In this document: one piece after another, positions 12,501 to 24,784 of the stretch
Layout of the letters: each line of letters opens with the position of its first letter
How positions within the stretch are numbered: position 1 is the stretch's first letter
Assembly (NCBI GenBank): GCA_026914245.1
Contig: CP110439.1
Location: 3,348,001-3,412,000 of the forward strand
Direction of reading: 5' to 3'
Length of the DNA stretch: 64,000 nucleotides
Origin: Puccinia triticina
Taxonomy: Eukaryota
Made by a program: the position numbers and the translations under genes
Notes under the pieces: model-generated
Databases searched by the model: none
Told to the model about the DNA's origin: nothing
Seen by the model: the letters and a program-made list of their open reading frames with translations, nothing else

Positions 12501-14272
12501 TCCACAAAAACTGGCCATCCAAGCCCCCCCCACATGACAAAAAGATAAAAAAAAACCAGATCTTACCTTCATGTGCCACTGGACATGAAAATCCTTGGGG
12601 AGTATTTTCTCGCCATCCATTGCGCGCTGCCAGAGTGTATGCTTACAGGGAATTCCCATCCGGTTTTTGTAACACCCGTTGCACCTGTGCCAATTCTCCA
12701 GGTCAACACTTGCTCTCAGGTTATCCTGCGCCTTCCGGAGAGCAAAGTGGGTGATCCGGCCGTGACAGAGCAAGAAAATCTTCCCTATTGATCAAAGGCT
12801 TCTAATCTTCTCCTTGTGATGTGCCGCGGAGATTTTGTGCGATTGAGCTTCAAGCACATTCGTGATTAACTTGATGACGGCGGCAAAAGAATTGTTGGGG
12901 CCCAGGAGATAAGATTTGATGAAAGCATGTGATGATTCAATTCAAGACGTTGTCCAATGGTTGAAATGAGGTATATCCTTTGTCCAAGCGTTAGCATACT
13001 TTTCACACACCGGAAGCCATTTCTCAATCATATAATCTCCAAAAGCTTCGCCGTATTTTGCGCAAAACCGACTGAAGCTTGAACGGAAATCGCCAGGACT
13101 AGTCATCTTGATTAAGTTGCTCCAGTGTTGAAGCATTTTGAACTCCTTCGCCTTGTTCTTGATGTGTTTCGCGCCATTGGAGACCAAGTTCTTCTGCATG
13201 TCCAAGTGCAAAGCATGTGGGTTGAATCAAGAAAATTGGACTGGAGAGAGGAGATGAGAGCTTCTTCTCGGTTGGTCAGAACAACAGCAGGAAGGGGAAT
13301 CTTGTTTGAGGTGAAAACTGTCAGGAGGGATTCAAGTGCCCAGTTGTAATAATCTTGTGTCTCTTTGGCAAGAAAGCAGAATGCCAAACTGAAAGACTTG
13401 TTGGCTCCAGTGACACCGGTGATGTGGAGGAGAGGCATCCAATACTTATTTGTCTTGTACGTACAGTCAAGGAAAAGGATCGAATGGTACTGATGGAGAA
13501 GCTTTACAGAGAGGGAATGACAGAAAAAAAGGCCCTTGAGCTCGCCAGATTTGTCGACCTTTGTCATAGCCGTGAAATTGGTTCTAGCCAGCATTTCATT
13601 CAGGTGAATGATGGGACTGATTCCTTGCAACATCTCTTGCGCAGCCCGCTTTTGTGCTGAGTAAATCGTATCAATTGTGGTCAGGATTGTCTTGTAGGGG
13701 TGCAGCTTCTTGAGGCATTCAAGTATTTGTGCCAGTCGCAATCTGGCCTTGCCAAGTCTTTTCATTTCTTTGTAGAGAGTGTCGCTGAGCTTACGGTGAA
13801 CAGTGTGGGCAACGGCGGCGGTGGGGCGGTGATTATGAGTCGAGTCGGAGACTGTGAATTTCCAGTGGCCCTTCTTCTTCTGGTTGTATACGGCAGTGGC
13901 GAACGGACAGCCAATCAATTGAGATGATATATTTTCACAAGTATCACCTTTACGTTTGTTTTTTGCAGGATCACCTCCTCTGTATCATTTCAATGTGGAT
14001 TTAATGTCAGTCAATACTAACAGAAGAATGAAAAAGAAGTGGGAAATAACAGACCTGACACATTTAAAATGGACACTCTTTCCAGGAACAGAGCTTTTGA
14101 CCGATATACCATAGCCATGGGCACAAGCAAATTCTTGGATGGCTTCCTTAACCAATTCAACGTTGTCATAATTTCCAGCTGGCGGCGCAGGAATGTTGCC
14201 GTAGATCATCCTTTCTCCTTCTTCATTCAATGAGTCTTCATCATCCGGTTGATTCTCGTTCTCAATTTCCAT
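9519..14272 (-). pseudogene. MULE transposase (FAR1-like + MULE DDE + SWIM-like) fused to a C-terminal OTU-like cysteine protease; disrupted
   Basis: GCPFA...WKFTV...HNH; LFLDCTYKTNKY.MPLLHITG...AFCFL; HMLC.W; C.GCY...MGIPCKH; TRGRPKG; DSDGHCGFRA...DHFV. Intron 11106-12566 (GTAAGA...ACTAAC...CAG) joins the halves in frame. Frameshift near 13200; stops at 12942 and 10764. Confidence 0.9.
11349..12384. mobile_element. PIF/Harbinger (Tourist-like) non-autonomous element inside the MULE intron
   Basis: TIR GAGCATCTCCACCC...GGGTAGAGATGCTC; TSD TAA on both sides; internal palindromic minisatellite. Confidence 0.9.
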
Positions 14273-15873
14273 TTCTTCAAACTCCTTCTCAGTTCTCTCA
14301 TCAGCAATTTTCTCAAGTATTTTCTCAATTTCTTCTGCGTTTTTTTCAGTTGGAACCGTTCCAGAGTTTGGATCATTGTTATTATTATCTTTATCTAATT
14401 CTAAAATTACAATACAATCCTCTATGGTTTTCTCTTCTCTGGCTAGCTCTACATATTCCTCAAGTGTCTTCTTGTTTTCTGGATTATCTAAGCTATAATC
14501 TTCAACTTCTTCCTCATTTTCTTTGTGGATTTCTTTTTCTAGTTTTTTTTTTTGGCGATTTCTTGAGTAATTTGAAGGAGGAGGGGGTCTAGGGTGACGT
14601 CTTGAAGGGCTTCAGTGGTCTGAATGCAGGCTTTGACGGCGGCAATGGCCTGGGAGTCGGCGGCTGCCGTTTGGGAGTTGGCGGCGAAATGGGAGTCGGC
14701 GACTGCCGTTTGGGAGTCGGCGGCTGCACTCAGGAGGTTGGGAGTCGGCGGCTGCGGGACGTGGGGAGTCGACGGGGTCACGGGAGTCGGCTGGGGCTAG
14801 ACCTTGATCACGGGAGTCGGCGGGGGCTAGACCTTGAGCACCGCCGGCTAGGAAGGCTCCTTGGGGGTCTAGAATGGCCAGGGTGGCTCCGTGGTCCTGG
14901 GCCGCGATTGCAAGGGAGTCGGTGTCAATGCCAGACCCGTTCGCGGGGCCTTCGGCAGCGTCTTCATTGGCAGCTGGATCAAGGGTGTGAACAAGGGTGT
15001 TGGAGGCTCAGTGCCTCCATTTTGGATGGGAGAGTCGGCAGGGGAGGGAGCTTACCTGGCCCTGCGGCTGGGGTTTCCTTGGCGTGCTCGCCAGGCACTG
15101 GGGCCTTGGCGTACTGGATGGCGGCAACAGGGGGCTCGGCGAGCTCGAAGGCGGCCATAGGGGGCCCGGCGTGCTCCATGGCGGCGACAGGGGCCTGGGA
15201 GTCCTGGTCCTGGACGGCGGCGGGGGTGGCTGGGTTAATCATATTCTTTGATTGATTGGGCGGTTGGTGTGGACGGGTGAGCGGTGATTGGGCAGTTGGT
15301 GTGGCAGTTGTGGTGTGTGACTTGTGTGATGGGTGGGGGGCTCGAAGGGGAGTCGTCACGACTCCCTGGGGGCTTCTGTGGCCCCCGCGGCTGACTCCCA
15401 AAATAACGCAGGGGGCACTCGTTTTGGGTGAACGACTCCCAAGCCCCCCGAGAAAAAAATAATAAAAATATTCATTAAAATTAGTGCGGACGACTCCCAA
15501 AAATAATTTTTTTTGGGTTGACAACTCCCAAAAAAACCGTACCCAAAAAAAGGGTCTAGGTCAACGTTGAGCGCTGGTCAAAAAACGGTTGCGCGGACGT
15601 ATGGGAGTCGTTTTCCCAAAACTTGGGAGTCGTTTTTCCAAGACCCTTAATTAAATAGATTCTACTTTCTACCATAGTTACATCAAGAATGTTCTTGCTA
15701 ATGACGGTGGTCGTTGCTATAAATAGAGCCTTATTTCTCCAGGTTGTACCAAAATTCAAAGATTATAACCCACGAGCATCAAAAGAAAAGTCAAAGAATA
15801 AATTTTAAATAATAAACTCGCAATCTATCTCCGCTCTTGTGTCTGTTTTCTCTGCTTAGTAATATTTATCATC

Positions 15874-18562
15874 ATGAGTGATATTGAAGTTATTGGCTCC
15901 GATGATGCAATCCAAACCCCCGGTACTGCCACCGCCCCCTCTTCATCATCACCAACTCCAAACCAGGTGCCAGTTCAGAGAAGTTGGGTTTGGGCCCACT
16001 TCAAGCTCTTAAATGACAAAGGCAAGGTTGAATGCCAGGTTCCTGAAAAGAAGAAAAACGGTGAACCCTGCAAGCAACAATTGACTCAAGAAGGGACCGC
16101 AAGTACGAAATCAATGAGTGAGCACTTGAAGCGTATGCATCATATCCTGCCGCCGGGACAAGAGAAGACAAATCAGTTGCTCCTCCCCAATCTTTGCAAG
16201 CGGCAGAGGGTTGAACAACGGGTTGGTTATCCATTTTTCTTTTTCTTTCTTGTAATTTTATCTTAGCTGACTTTGTTTTTTGACCAAAGCCTGTTCTGAC
16301 GGCTAGTTTGCTCAAGCAGGCCATCGGTTATTTCATTGCTGAGGCCGACTTATCATACTCAATTGTGCAACACAAATCCTTTGTTCACTTATTGGAATTG
16401 CTCAATCCCAGCACTGTCAACATGGAGTACGGCCAAAAGACCATGGCAGATGAGATTGAAGAACTGTATATTTTCCACCACAATCACATTGAGGGAATCC
16501 TCAAGGATACAAAACATCTATCATTCACTCTTGATGCGTGGACCTCACCCAACCAGAAGGCCTTCATGGCAGTCACGGCACACGGAATTACATTGGATTG
16601 GAAGGTGTTGGATGTTGTTATTGGGATGCCAACGGTCCAAGGTAAACCCATTTTTGATCATTGATTCTAATATTTGTGACTATTCTGATCAGTTTCTAAA
16701 ATTAAATCCACAGGTCAACACACCGGTGTAAACTTTGGAAACCTCTTTGTGGATCTAATAAGTGATATGGAAATATCTGATTTCATTGTCAGTGTCACGG
16801 CAGACAATGCTTCAAATAACTCAACACTGGCTCGGCAGGTTGAGCATCAATTAGGCACTTCAATTGTTGATGCTGATACACAACTCTTGGGCTGCATGGC
16901 CCATGTGATCAACCTTGCTGCCCACAATGGCCTCAAAGCCTTTGGTGCCAATCTTTCTTCTGAAGATACTGTTGAGAAAGAGGTATCATTGGATCACATG
17001 GATCAGACTGATCAACACAATGAAACAAGCGGCACACTTATCAATCTTCAGAAAGTTGTGAGTTGCATCCACGGGCTAGCAAACTTTGTTTGTGGCTCCC
17101 CTCAACGCCGAGAAGCCTTCTTTAAGGCTATGGATTTTTTTAATAGCCAAGGAGCAAATGAAGTTGCCTTCAACAGCAATGTAAAACGGAAAACCTTGAT
17201 CCTTGATGTTCGCACTTGATGGAACTCGACCTACTTGATGCTGAAGCGGGCACTTTATCTCAAACTATTCTGTACAACATTTTGTAGTTTTTAATATCTC
17301 CTAAGTTGATACATCCAAATTTTCCCTTCTGGATGCCAAGTGGGCTAAGGTGGCTCAAATCACCACCTTCTTGGAACCACTTTACAAAGTCACCAAAATC
17401 CTCTGTTGATCTAAATATCCCACTATCAGCAACGGTGGGCCGCTACGCTGCGCTAGAAATCAGCTAACTGCCAATTACAGCAGCGCAGCTGGCAACAGGA
17501 TTTTCCAAACTCCCTGAATTTTGCAGTCCTAATTGACTGATCCCTCAGGGAGGCTTATAGTTCAATCCACACAAGGCAAGCAGTTGAATGCTGCAAAACA
17601 GACCATGTTAGCTGAACTGTACTCCAAATGGAATTTTGGCTCTTCATCTGGTAACCAGGATGTCCTGACTCCCTGATGCAATGGTCCTTCTGGACCATTT
17701 TGATCAGGGAGGCTCCTAGAATATTCTCACCAGTTTAAGTGGTTCAATGCTGCGGAATGGGCCGCGTAATCCGCTGTTAGCTCATTTTTTGGTGTAGCGT
17801 AGCGGCCCACCATTGCTATCAGCATGGCACTTCCAATCTATATCTCTCTCATCAGAACTATCTACGGAATTTGAGGAACGTATGATGCTTTCGAGCTCAT
17901 CCCGGCAGCCACTGAAATGATTGAAAAACTCAAGAAATACCTTACGCTTGCTTTAGAAAAGACTGCTCCAATCTGTGCCATGATTCTTGACCCGCGAATC
18001 AAGCTGAGTTACTTCGAAAAAACCCATTCATTCTTGGTTGAACATTGTATCTCAACCATAAAACCGTCCGATATATTGAAAAACTTCAAACATGAGGCCC
18101 GTTCTTTTGATTGAATTCCCAGCAAGATGAGACAAGGTAAAGCCTCAGAAAAGAAAACAAAGGCTGTCAAGAAGATTTCTATAATCGAGGCCAACATCTT
18201 TGGTCAAGGCCCTGTTGCAGATGACTTGATGGGGGAGATTCAGCAATATCTATCGGAGCCAAACTAGAAAAAAAACACCAATATACTCTACTATTGGTCA
18301 CGTCACAAGAACGTGTATCCATCTCTAGCAGCCATGGCAAAGTGTTACCTCGGAATCCCAGCCACAAGTGCACCATCTATCTTCCCGTTCAAAAACCATA
18401 ATAGGCTCACAGCATCACAGCCTTGGAACTTCTTCTATCAAACACCTCCTTTGTGTAAAGGAGTGGTACCAAAAATTTGATGAGATGATGGACACTAATT
18501 CAGTTACACTCAAAAAAGCCAAACTTGATGTCTCCAATAATGAGGACTCTGACGATGATTAA
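15874..18562 (+). pseudogene. hAT transposase with BED zinc finger, disrupted
   Basis: RSWVWAHF...C...C...HLKRMH (BED); TLDAWTSPNQ; VTADNASNN; CMAHVINL; DVRT*WNST; ILDPRIK; YLGIPATS. Several TGA stops and a MITE insertion. Confidence 0.92.
17430..17815. mobile_element. MITE with CAA...TTG ends and 7-bp TSD (P-superfamily-like)
   Basis: CAACGGTGGGCCGCTACGCT...AGCGTAGCGGCCCACCATTG; TSD CTATCAG; removing it restores the transposase frame YPTISMALPIY. Confidence 0.85.
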
Positions 18563-20807
18563 GACTCCATTGCTACTCTTCTGTTTTTATTACATTACTA
18601 CTCTTCTGTTTTTATCACATTACTGCTCAACTTCTATATGAACATAAATAAAAACATTACTTGTCTACTTGTGCCAACTTCCAGACCTTCTCACCCAAAA
18701 CATTTGGGTATCCGCGGGTACATGTGAGGTTGCCCGTGGCTCGTACCCGCTGTACTTGACCCCATAATCAAGCATCAGGAGCCATCCCGTAGCCCGTACC
18801 CGCCGGCGGTTATACCCGCTGGGTCCGGGTACGGGTTCCAGCGCTACCTTTGACAATGCAGAAGTCGATTTCCCCATGACAGGTCAGCCGCGGAGTGTCA
18901 AGTCCTTCAAGCCCTCTCAAAGCCCACACAGGGGGCCCCTGCGGGGCAAGCTCGTCGTCAAAATGAGGAGTATCTGGTTTTCTCCTGCAAGTCCATTTGG
19001 CTGTCACCAGGGGAGAATTTGACGCACTCTCCAGAGAGTGCCTGACTGTGATTTTATGCTGTTCTGGGTCTGATGTCAGTCAGATGTGTATTAGGAAATG
19101 ATTTATAAATTATCAAGTCAATTGGAATTCTTTCATAATTTATGAGGAAGTATCACAGGACCTCATGCAATGCTGTATAGAACTGTTTGATTCTTTAAGG
19201 ATAACTCAATTACAACCCATAATGAAATGATATTTACTCAATGCCTAATTATCAATCATTGCTGGTGAATTTATTTTGATCAATTTTGTCAGCTGGCTAC
19301 TATGGCAGAGCCACCGTGACACTATACAAATAAAATATAAAAAGTAGTTTTACATATGAAAGAGACATTATTACTCTTACATATGTAAAACTACGCAAAA
19401 ACATTGAATACATATATAAATAATTAATTACTTAACTTTGTGTACTTCATAAGTAAAATATTATAGAAGATTCTGATTCTATGGGTAAAATAACCTAGGG
19501 TACCTCACTCACACGTACCCTTAATTATTATCCCTTCCTTGTGTAAACTAAATTCCAAGTTTAAGCAAGTGCATCATGCCCCGTGTGAATGCACTTGCAT
19601 GCTTGTATATCTAAGTACATATGTATACACCTAGTTTCAGTGACGTAACTGAGGTGTTGTGTATAGTTTAGAAGATGGCTTTATTTGTTGCGTGGCGCAC
19701 CCAAGCCCGCGTGCTCTGTTGCCTAGAGCTCAAGCCCGCGCGCAGGTTGTAGATAGATGCATAATGCATAAACTAGCCCGCAACCAAAGCGCTTGGGCTA
19801 CCAGTAAGTGATAATAGGCCAGAATACGCCCCAATAGCAATATTACATGTGTTATATGTCTTGTACACATGTAATTAATCACCAAACAAGATGTACTTAT
19901 CACGTCATTCAATATAAAAATATTCTAGACTGAAAAGGACTCTTGCAGCGTGCACAGGAGAGACTAGAAAGCGTCCCCGCTTCTCCCAAGCCTTACTACA
20001 CATAAATTACAACTGTAGTAAATATGTAGAAGGGGTCAAATGAACTGGAGCATTCAATAAGCGCCTCTAGAACATGTATAAAGCACTGCTTGCACGTGTG
20101 CAAGTGCACAGAAGCTAGTTCTAGTACCTTCTGTGGCACATTTCCACGGAAATGAGTGTCACAGAACCCCCAAACCAGCCCCTATGACGTGTAAAGCATG
20201 TGTAAAACCACGCCGAACCTCTGTAAATGGTCCTTGGCAACCCTTGTATCCAAGCCCCAAGGTTCCACGACCAACAGCGCCTTCTTGCGCAACCAAATTG
20301 CCTCAGAATGCGCCCACAAGGGTCCCCCTGTCTCCTGGGCGCCCCTGGAGGCCTGCCTAGGCTATAAAAAGGGCCCTTTCTCCGCCCAAAAGGAGATTCC
20401 CCAGCTTTAAATTACATATTAGAATTTTACCCGCCTTCAACAGCCTCAATAGCCTGTGATTTTCCAGGTAAAATACCTACTTTTGTGATTTTTAGCCCCA
20501 ATTTCCGCCTTGAAGCTGTCCAGTAACCACCCTGCCCTCAAGATTACCTCCTCTGAGCGCCTCTAACTGCCCAACTTCACGCCTGAAGAACCTCAAGTGA
20601 CTCCAGGGTCTTATATAGGGATGGCCACTCGCACCCGGGCACCTGCCGTGGGTGCGGGTACTACCCTGGAATTTCACTCATGTCAGATACCCGCACCCGC
20701 ACCCGCCAAGGCGGGTACCCGGGTGCCAAGTGCCAGGTACCTGGGTGCAGGTGGCGGGTTATGCGAACAACGGACCTGTGACAAGTCTGAAAAAGTGTCA
20801 CAGGACC

Positions 20808-21346
20808 TCTGTCCGTTTGCGTGCAAACGGACAGGACAAAACATTGGCGTCCTGTAGACAAAACATCGGCCCTGTCCTGTCTTTTTGCACGCAAACAGAA
20901 AGGACAAAACATCGTCTCTGTCCTGTCCGTTTGCACGCAAACGGACGGGACAAATCATCAGCGTCCTGTCCGTTTGCACGCAAACGGACAGGACAAAACA
21001 TTGGCTCTGTCCTGTTGTTTGCAGGCAAACGGACAGGAAAAATCATCGGCTCTGTCCTGTCCGTTTGCACGCAAACGGACAGGAAAAATCATCGGCTCCG
21101 TCCTGTCCGTTTGCACGCGAACAGACAGGACATAACATCGGCATCCTGTCCGTTTGCACGCAAACAGACAGGAAAAACCATTGGCTCTGTCCTGTCCGTT
21201 TGCACGCAAACGGACAGGACAAAACACAAAACATCCGCTCCGTCCTGTCCGTTTGCACGCAAACGGACAGGACAAAACATCAGCTCTGTCCTGTCCGTAT
21301 GCACGCAAACGGACAGGACAAAACACAAAACATCCACTCTGTCCTG
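20808..21346. repeat. Tandem array of about 11 palindromic units (45-60 bp)
   Basis: Unit core TGTCCTGTCCGTTTGC-AC-GCAAACGGACAGGACA with short, mutually similar linkers. Confidence 0.95.
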
Positions 21347-21427
21347 CACCCCCAAACGGGTACCAATGATCATCCTTACCCACTGTTGTCTGCTTGTTTC
21401 CTCAGAAAAATCTTGGCTAAGTATTAA

Positions 21428-24400
21428 TTACGAGCTATCTACTTCATAAACATATTTATTCTTCCCACTTTTCTGCTTAACCTTTTGTCTTTCCTCTCCC
21501 TTCTTATCTACCTTCCATTTACGCAACACCCCACGCGGTATTTTACCGTTTTTCGAACAGAATGCTACTGCCATTCCTTGAGTGAGAGAAATGTTGCTGA
21601 GGCGGTGCCTCCTGACTGAAACGTAATCCCGACCAAAGTTGAACGATTGCTCAACATCCACTGTTGTTGCTAGTGTCAAAAAAATATGGTCAGATTTGAA
21701 AAAAAAAAATGAAGAAAAATTGAAAAGACATACCTGGGCAACTGAGTACATCAAGTGCCATCTGGAGTAGACCTCCGTGTGTATTTCCTGCACGCCCTTG
21801 GGCAATCCACCATTTTATAGGGTTCACCGGCTGGCCTTCATCATCCAAGTTTAACCCACCCGCAAGCCACACATTGAGTGGATCAGTCTCTACATTTCCT
21901 GTGCGTGCTTCAGAAGCACCAATGAGCCTGGCAAGAACCCCAGTCTGAGGCTGGCAGGAAGAAATTTAGCTTGCTATCAGAAGAATTCAGATCCAAAAGA
22001 GAAAAAGACTCACCTTTGCGCGCGGAGTGGGCTGAGCTGGCGGTTTGTACAGATTTTCCCACATTTCTCTTGCAAGTCGGATGGCTTCGGCAATCCATTC
22101 AGGTTCCCACTTGGCAAGTTTGAAATATTCATCTTTGAAGGAGGGATGAAGAACTTGAATATTAAACAGTTAGTTTTAGTATGCATTGTATGATAATTGT
22201 TCTACAAAATGACTCACTCATAGCAACCCGGTACAATGGTGAGCAATCAGTAAGGGTGTAGTATTTGTTTGTCAGTTGAAGTCCTGCACAACAAGCATTT
22301 CTTAAGGCAGGGGGGTACACATTGCGCTGATCGGATATGATTGTCAATAAGTGGCTGGTGATCTGATCAATGAAGACAACGACTTGAGATATTTGGGCCC
22401 CGCCGCGTTGTGAGACTATCAGTGTTATGTCATAGAAGGGTTCGAGTATTTTGACCATGTCGTGTGCCAAGTCGAGATCGTTTTGGTTGATGTGATATGC
22501 TCGAGGAGTGCCATGTCGCTTATCTTTCTGCCACTCAAGACTGAAAACAAATATTATATGAGTACTTTTAGATCAATTGGATTAAGTATGTACTCACATA
22601 GCCTTGGAACATCTTCGGATACTGGATAGTTGCATGAGAGTCGAGTTCCACCTGGTCCGCACGTCCCGCTCGACATTATGTGGCCTCAAACAGTCGTTTT
22701 GCTGACAGATGTCCACAAAAAGTGCCCTTGAGTTTGGTGACTTGTTCAGCTTCCCTGCGATTGCTCGGAACTGTTTTGTTGAGAAAGATAGATTAAAATT
22801 GGGGATCATTTGTAATCTCAAAATCAGGATGTGAATGATGATAGCATGAGCTTACCTTTGCCAAGGACTCCTTGCATGATCGGGAAGTGTATACATCACC
22901 TTCGTCTTCATCACTCAAATTGTTTATATCTTTGGTTTCCAATTCAAGTTTGTCATCTTGGAGCAGCTCTGCAGCAATATTGCGGTCACTCTGATTGTTT
23001 AAAGCTTCATCGCCATTGTAAGAACCTCTTGAATCTTCATTCAAACTAAGTAGGATGATCAAATAGTCAGCTGAAATCGCAAGAAGAGTGTAAAAAACTT
23101 GGAAATACAATTGAATTTGGTGTTCTGGGTCATCTTGATCCGAGTCATCCAATTCTTCTTCGTCATCAGATGTGTGTTTGGTATCGCTCCTCTTCTTGTG
23201 GCTTCCAAAAGGATGCAAGATCACTTGAACAATCAAATTAATTTAAGATATGGCCAAAGCATCGAACCTATTGAGTGCTGCCTTGGAACCTATCCCACTT
23301 AAATTTCTTGAGCTCGTCAACCATGGTTTGATTGTTTGTGGCATTGTCGGTTACAATGCCACAGATCTGTGAGAGGAACAGGGATTAATTCAAAAAAGAC
23401 AAGCAGAGTGACTCCGAGGAGCTTACCTTGTTTTGCACCCCAAACTTTTCAACAATTAGTCGGACTGTGTTGGCCAAATAGTCACCTGTATGTCTTTCTT
23501 TTAACCTAACAAAGTCAAGAGGCATCGCCTCCAATTCAAAATCACCGGAACCTTCTTGAACCAAGCGGTAAATTACCGTTCCTAGAATATCGAACCCATT
23601 TGGCGATTGCCAGGCATCAAGGCCCAGGTACATGGCCCCTTGATGATTCTAGAATCACAATAATTATGGTGTTCAAAGTTGGTTTGCATAATTTTATGCA
23701 TGCATAAATCATAAAATCATAAAATCTTTTTTGCAGGGGATATGACTGTCTGATTATGTAATACAAAATTTCCTCACCAAAATATTTTTATGATTTTATG
23801 ATTTATGCATGCATAAAATTATGCAAACCAACTTTGAACACCATAAATAAACCAAAAATCAGAAAATATTACCGATAATGAACGGAAAAACAACCCAACT
23901 TTAAAAGATTCAATGAGAGACTCCTGCACTGATTTATATAGCCGGCCTATGTCATGGGAGACCACCTTTCAACTAGGCAAATTTTTGAGCACAATAGGAT
24001 GCAAAATACCTTGATGTGCCTCTTCGCCAAGCGCTGAGAAAGGATGAGCTGTTTCAGCACACCAGATTGCGCAGAGCTGGGGGACCTGTTGAATCAAAAA
24101 ATTCAGACCATCCTCTCAGCAAAAAGAGGAGAATTTATATCATCTCACCTCTTGCGGATCTATATCACCAGTTCCAGAGATGCCCAGCGCAGCCAGTTTG
24201 GTGTTTTGGTCCACCTCTCTTTGTTTCTTGAGGCAGCTAGCAACATGCTTCGATAGATTAGTGGGTGACGTGTTGTAAGTAGGGCAGTGGATTTTAGAGC
24301 CGCAGCTGAAATTTAAAACAATGAATCTGATAAGTCAAGCTAAGTGGAAAGAAGTCCAGGTCAAAAAAAAACTCACGCCCTACATGGGAACGCTATCATC

Positions 24401-24784
24401 TTGCGCCCATGTTTGTCAAATTGGTCGGAAAGTATAGGCGGATGATAGTGTGGGTAGGCTGTACTCTGTGAATTTTGATGCAATTTACGTGCTCTTTCTG
24501 GAAATTGTAAAGTGTGGTCAGTCATTTCACTCGTTTAGCAAACAAATAGATTTTGAAAGATACTGACTGAGCTCTTGGTCATCTGAAAGTCCCTGAGTAT
24601 TTGCAGGGGTGGTGCTATCATGGTCAGTGGCCTCCTGTTCTTGGTCGGATTTTTCGTTGAGATCGATAACAGTTGGATTCTTTATTTGACAAGAAACTTT
24701 TTATTTGGCTGGAGAAATGTGGTCGGATGACCCAGATGCAGATGATGGTGATGATTTTTGGCGCTTCTTGTGTTTGGGTGCCAT
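21428..24784 (-). pseudogene. hAT transposase, multi-exon, disrupted
   Basis: GLDAWQSPNG; TDNATNN; CFGHILNLIVQVIL; DVRTRWNST; LTNKYY; LDVLSCP/ATTVDVEQSF dimerisation region; early stop and other lesions. Confidence 0.9.
23667..23843. mobile_element. MITE with TA TSD (Tc1/mariner-type), in an intron of hAT-2
   Basis: Near-perfect hairpin TGGTGTTCAAAGTTGG...CCAACTTTGAACACCA flanked by TA; relatives at 59308, 61775 and 36883. Confidence 0.85.

Larger units (their letters stand above)
6194..15646 (-). mobile_element. Mutator-like element (MULE) carrying a transposase-OTU gene
   Basis: About 170-bp TIRs GGGTCTTGGAAAAA...TTTTTCCAAGACCC; flanked by TTAATTAA on both sides (6186-6193 and 15647-15654); internal MULE transposase. 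Confidence 0.9.
5862..18846 (+). mobile_element. hAT DNA transposon (hAT-1), interrupted by nested elements
   Basis: TIR TAGCGCTGGA...TCCAGCGCTA; perfect 8-bp TSD CCTTTGAC (5854-5861 and 18847-18854); subterminal GGGTA/TACCC motifs at both ends; internal hAT transposase. Confidence 0.95.

Noticed and set aside
14539..15524. Second MULE gene (mudrB-like)
   Set aside because: Short low-complexity frames shaped by GGGAGTCG repeats; no recognisable domain or consistent exon chain.
20808..21346. CRISPR-like array of palindromic repeats
   Set aside because: Linkers are short and mutually similar rather than unique spacers, there are no cas genes, the context is eukaryotic, and the array lies inside a hAT element.
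20597..21449. Many overlapping Cys-rich ORFs
   Set aside because: They are translations of the palindromic tandem array.
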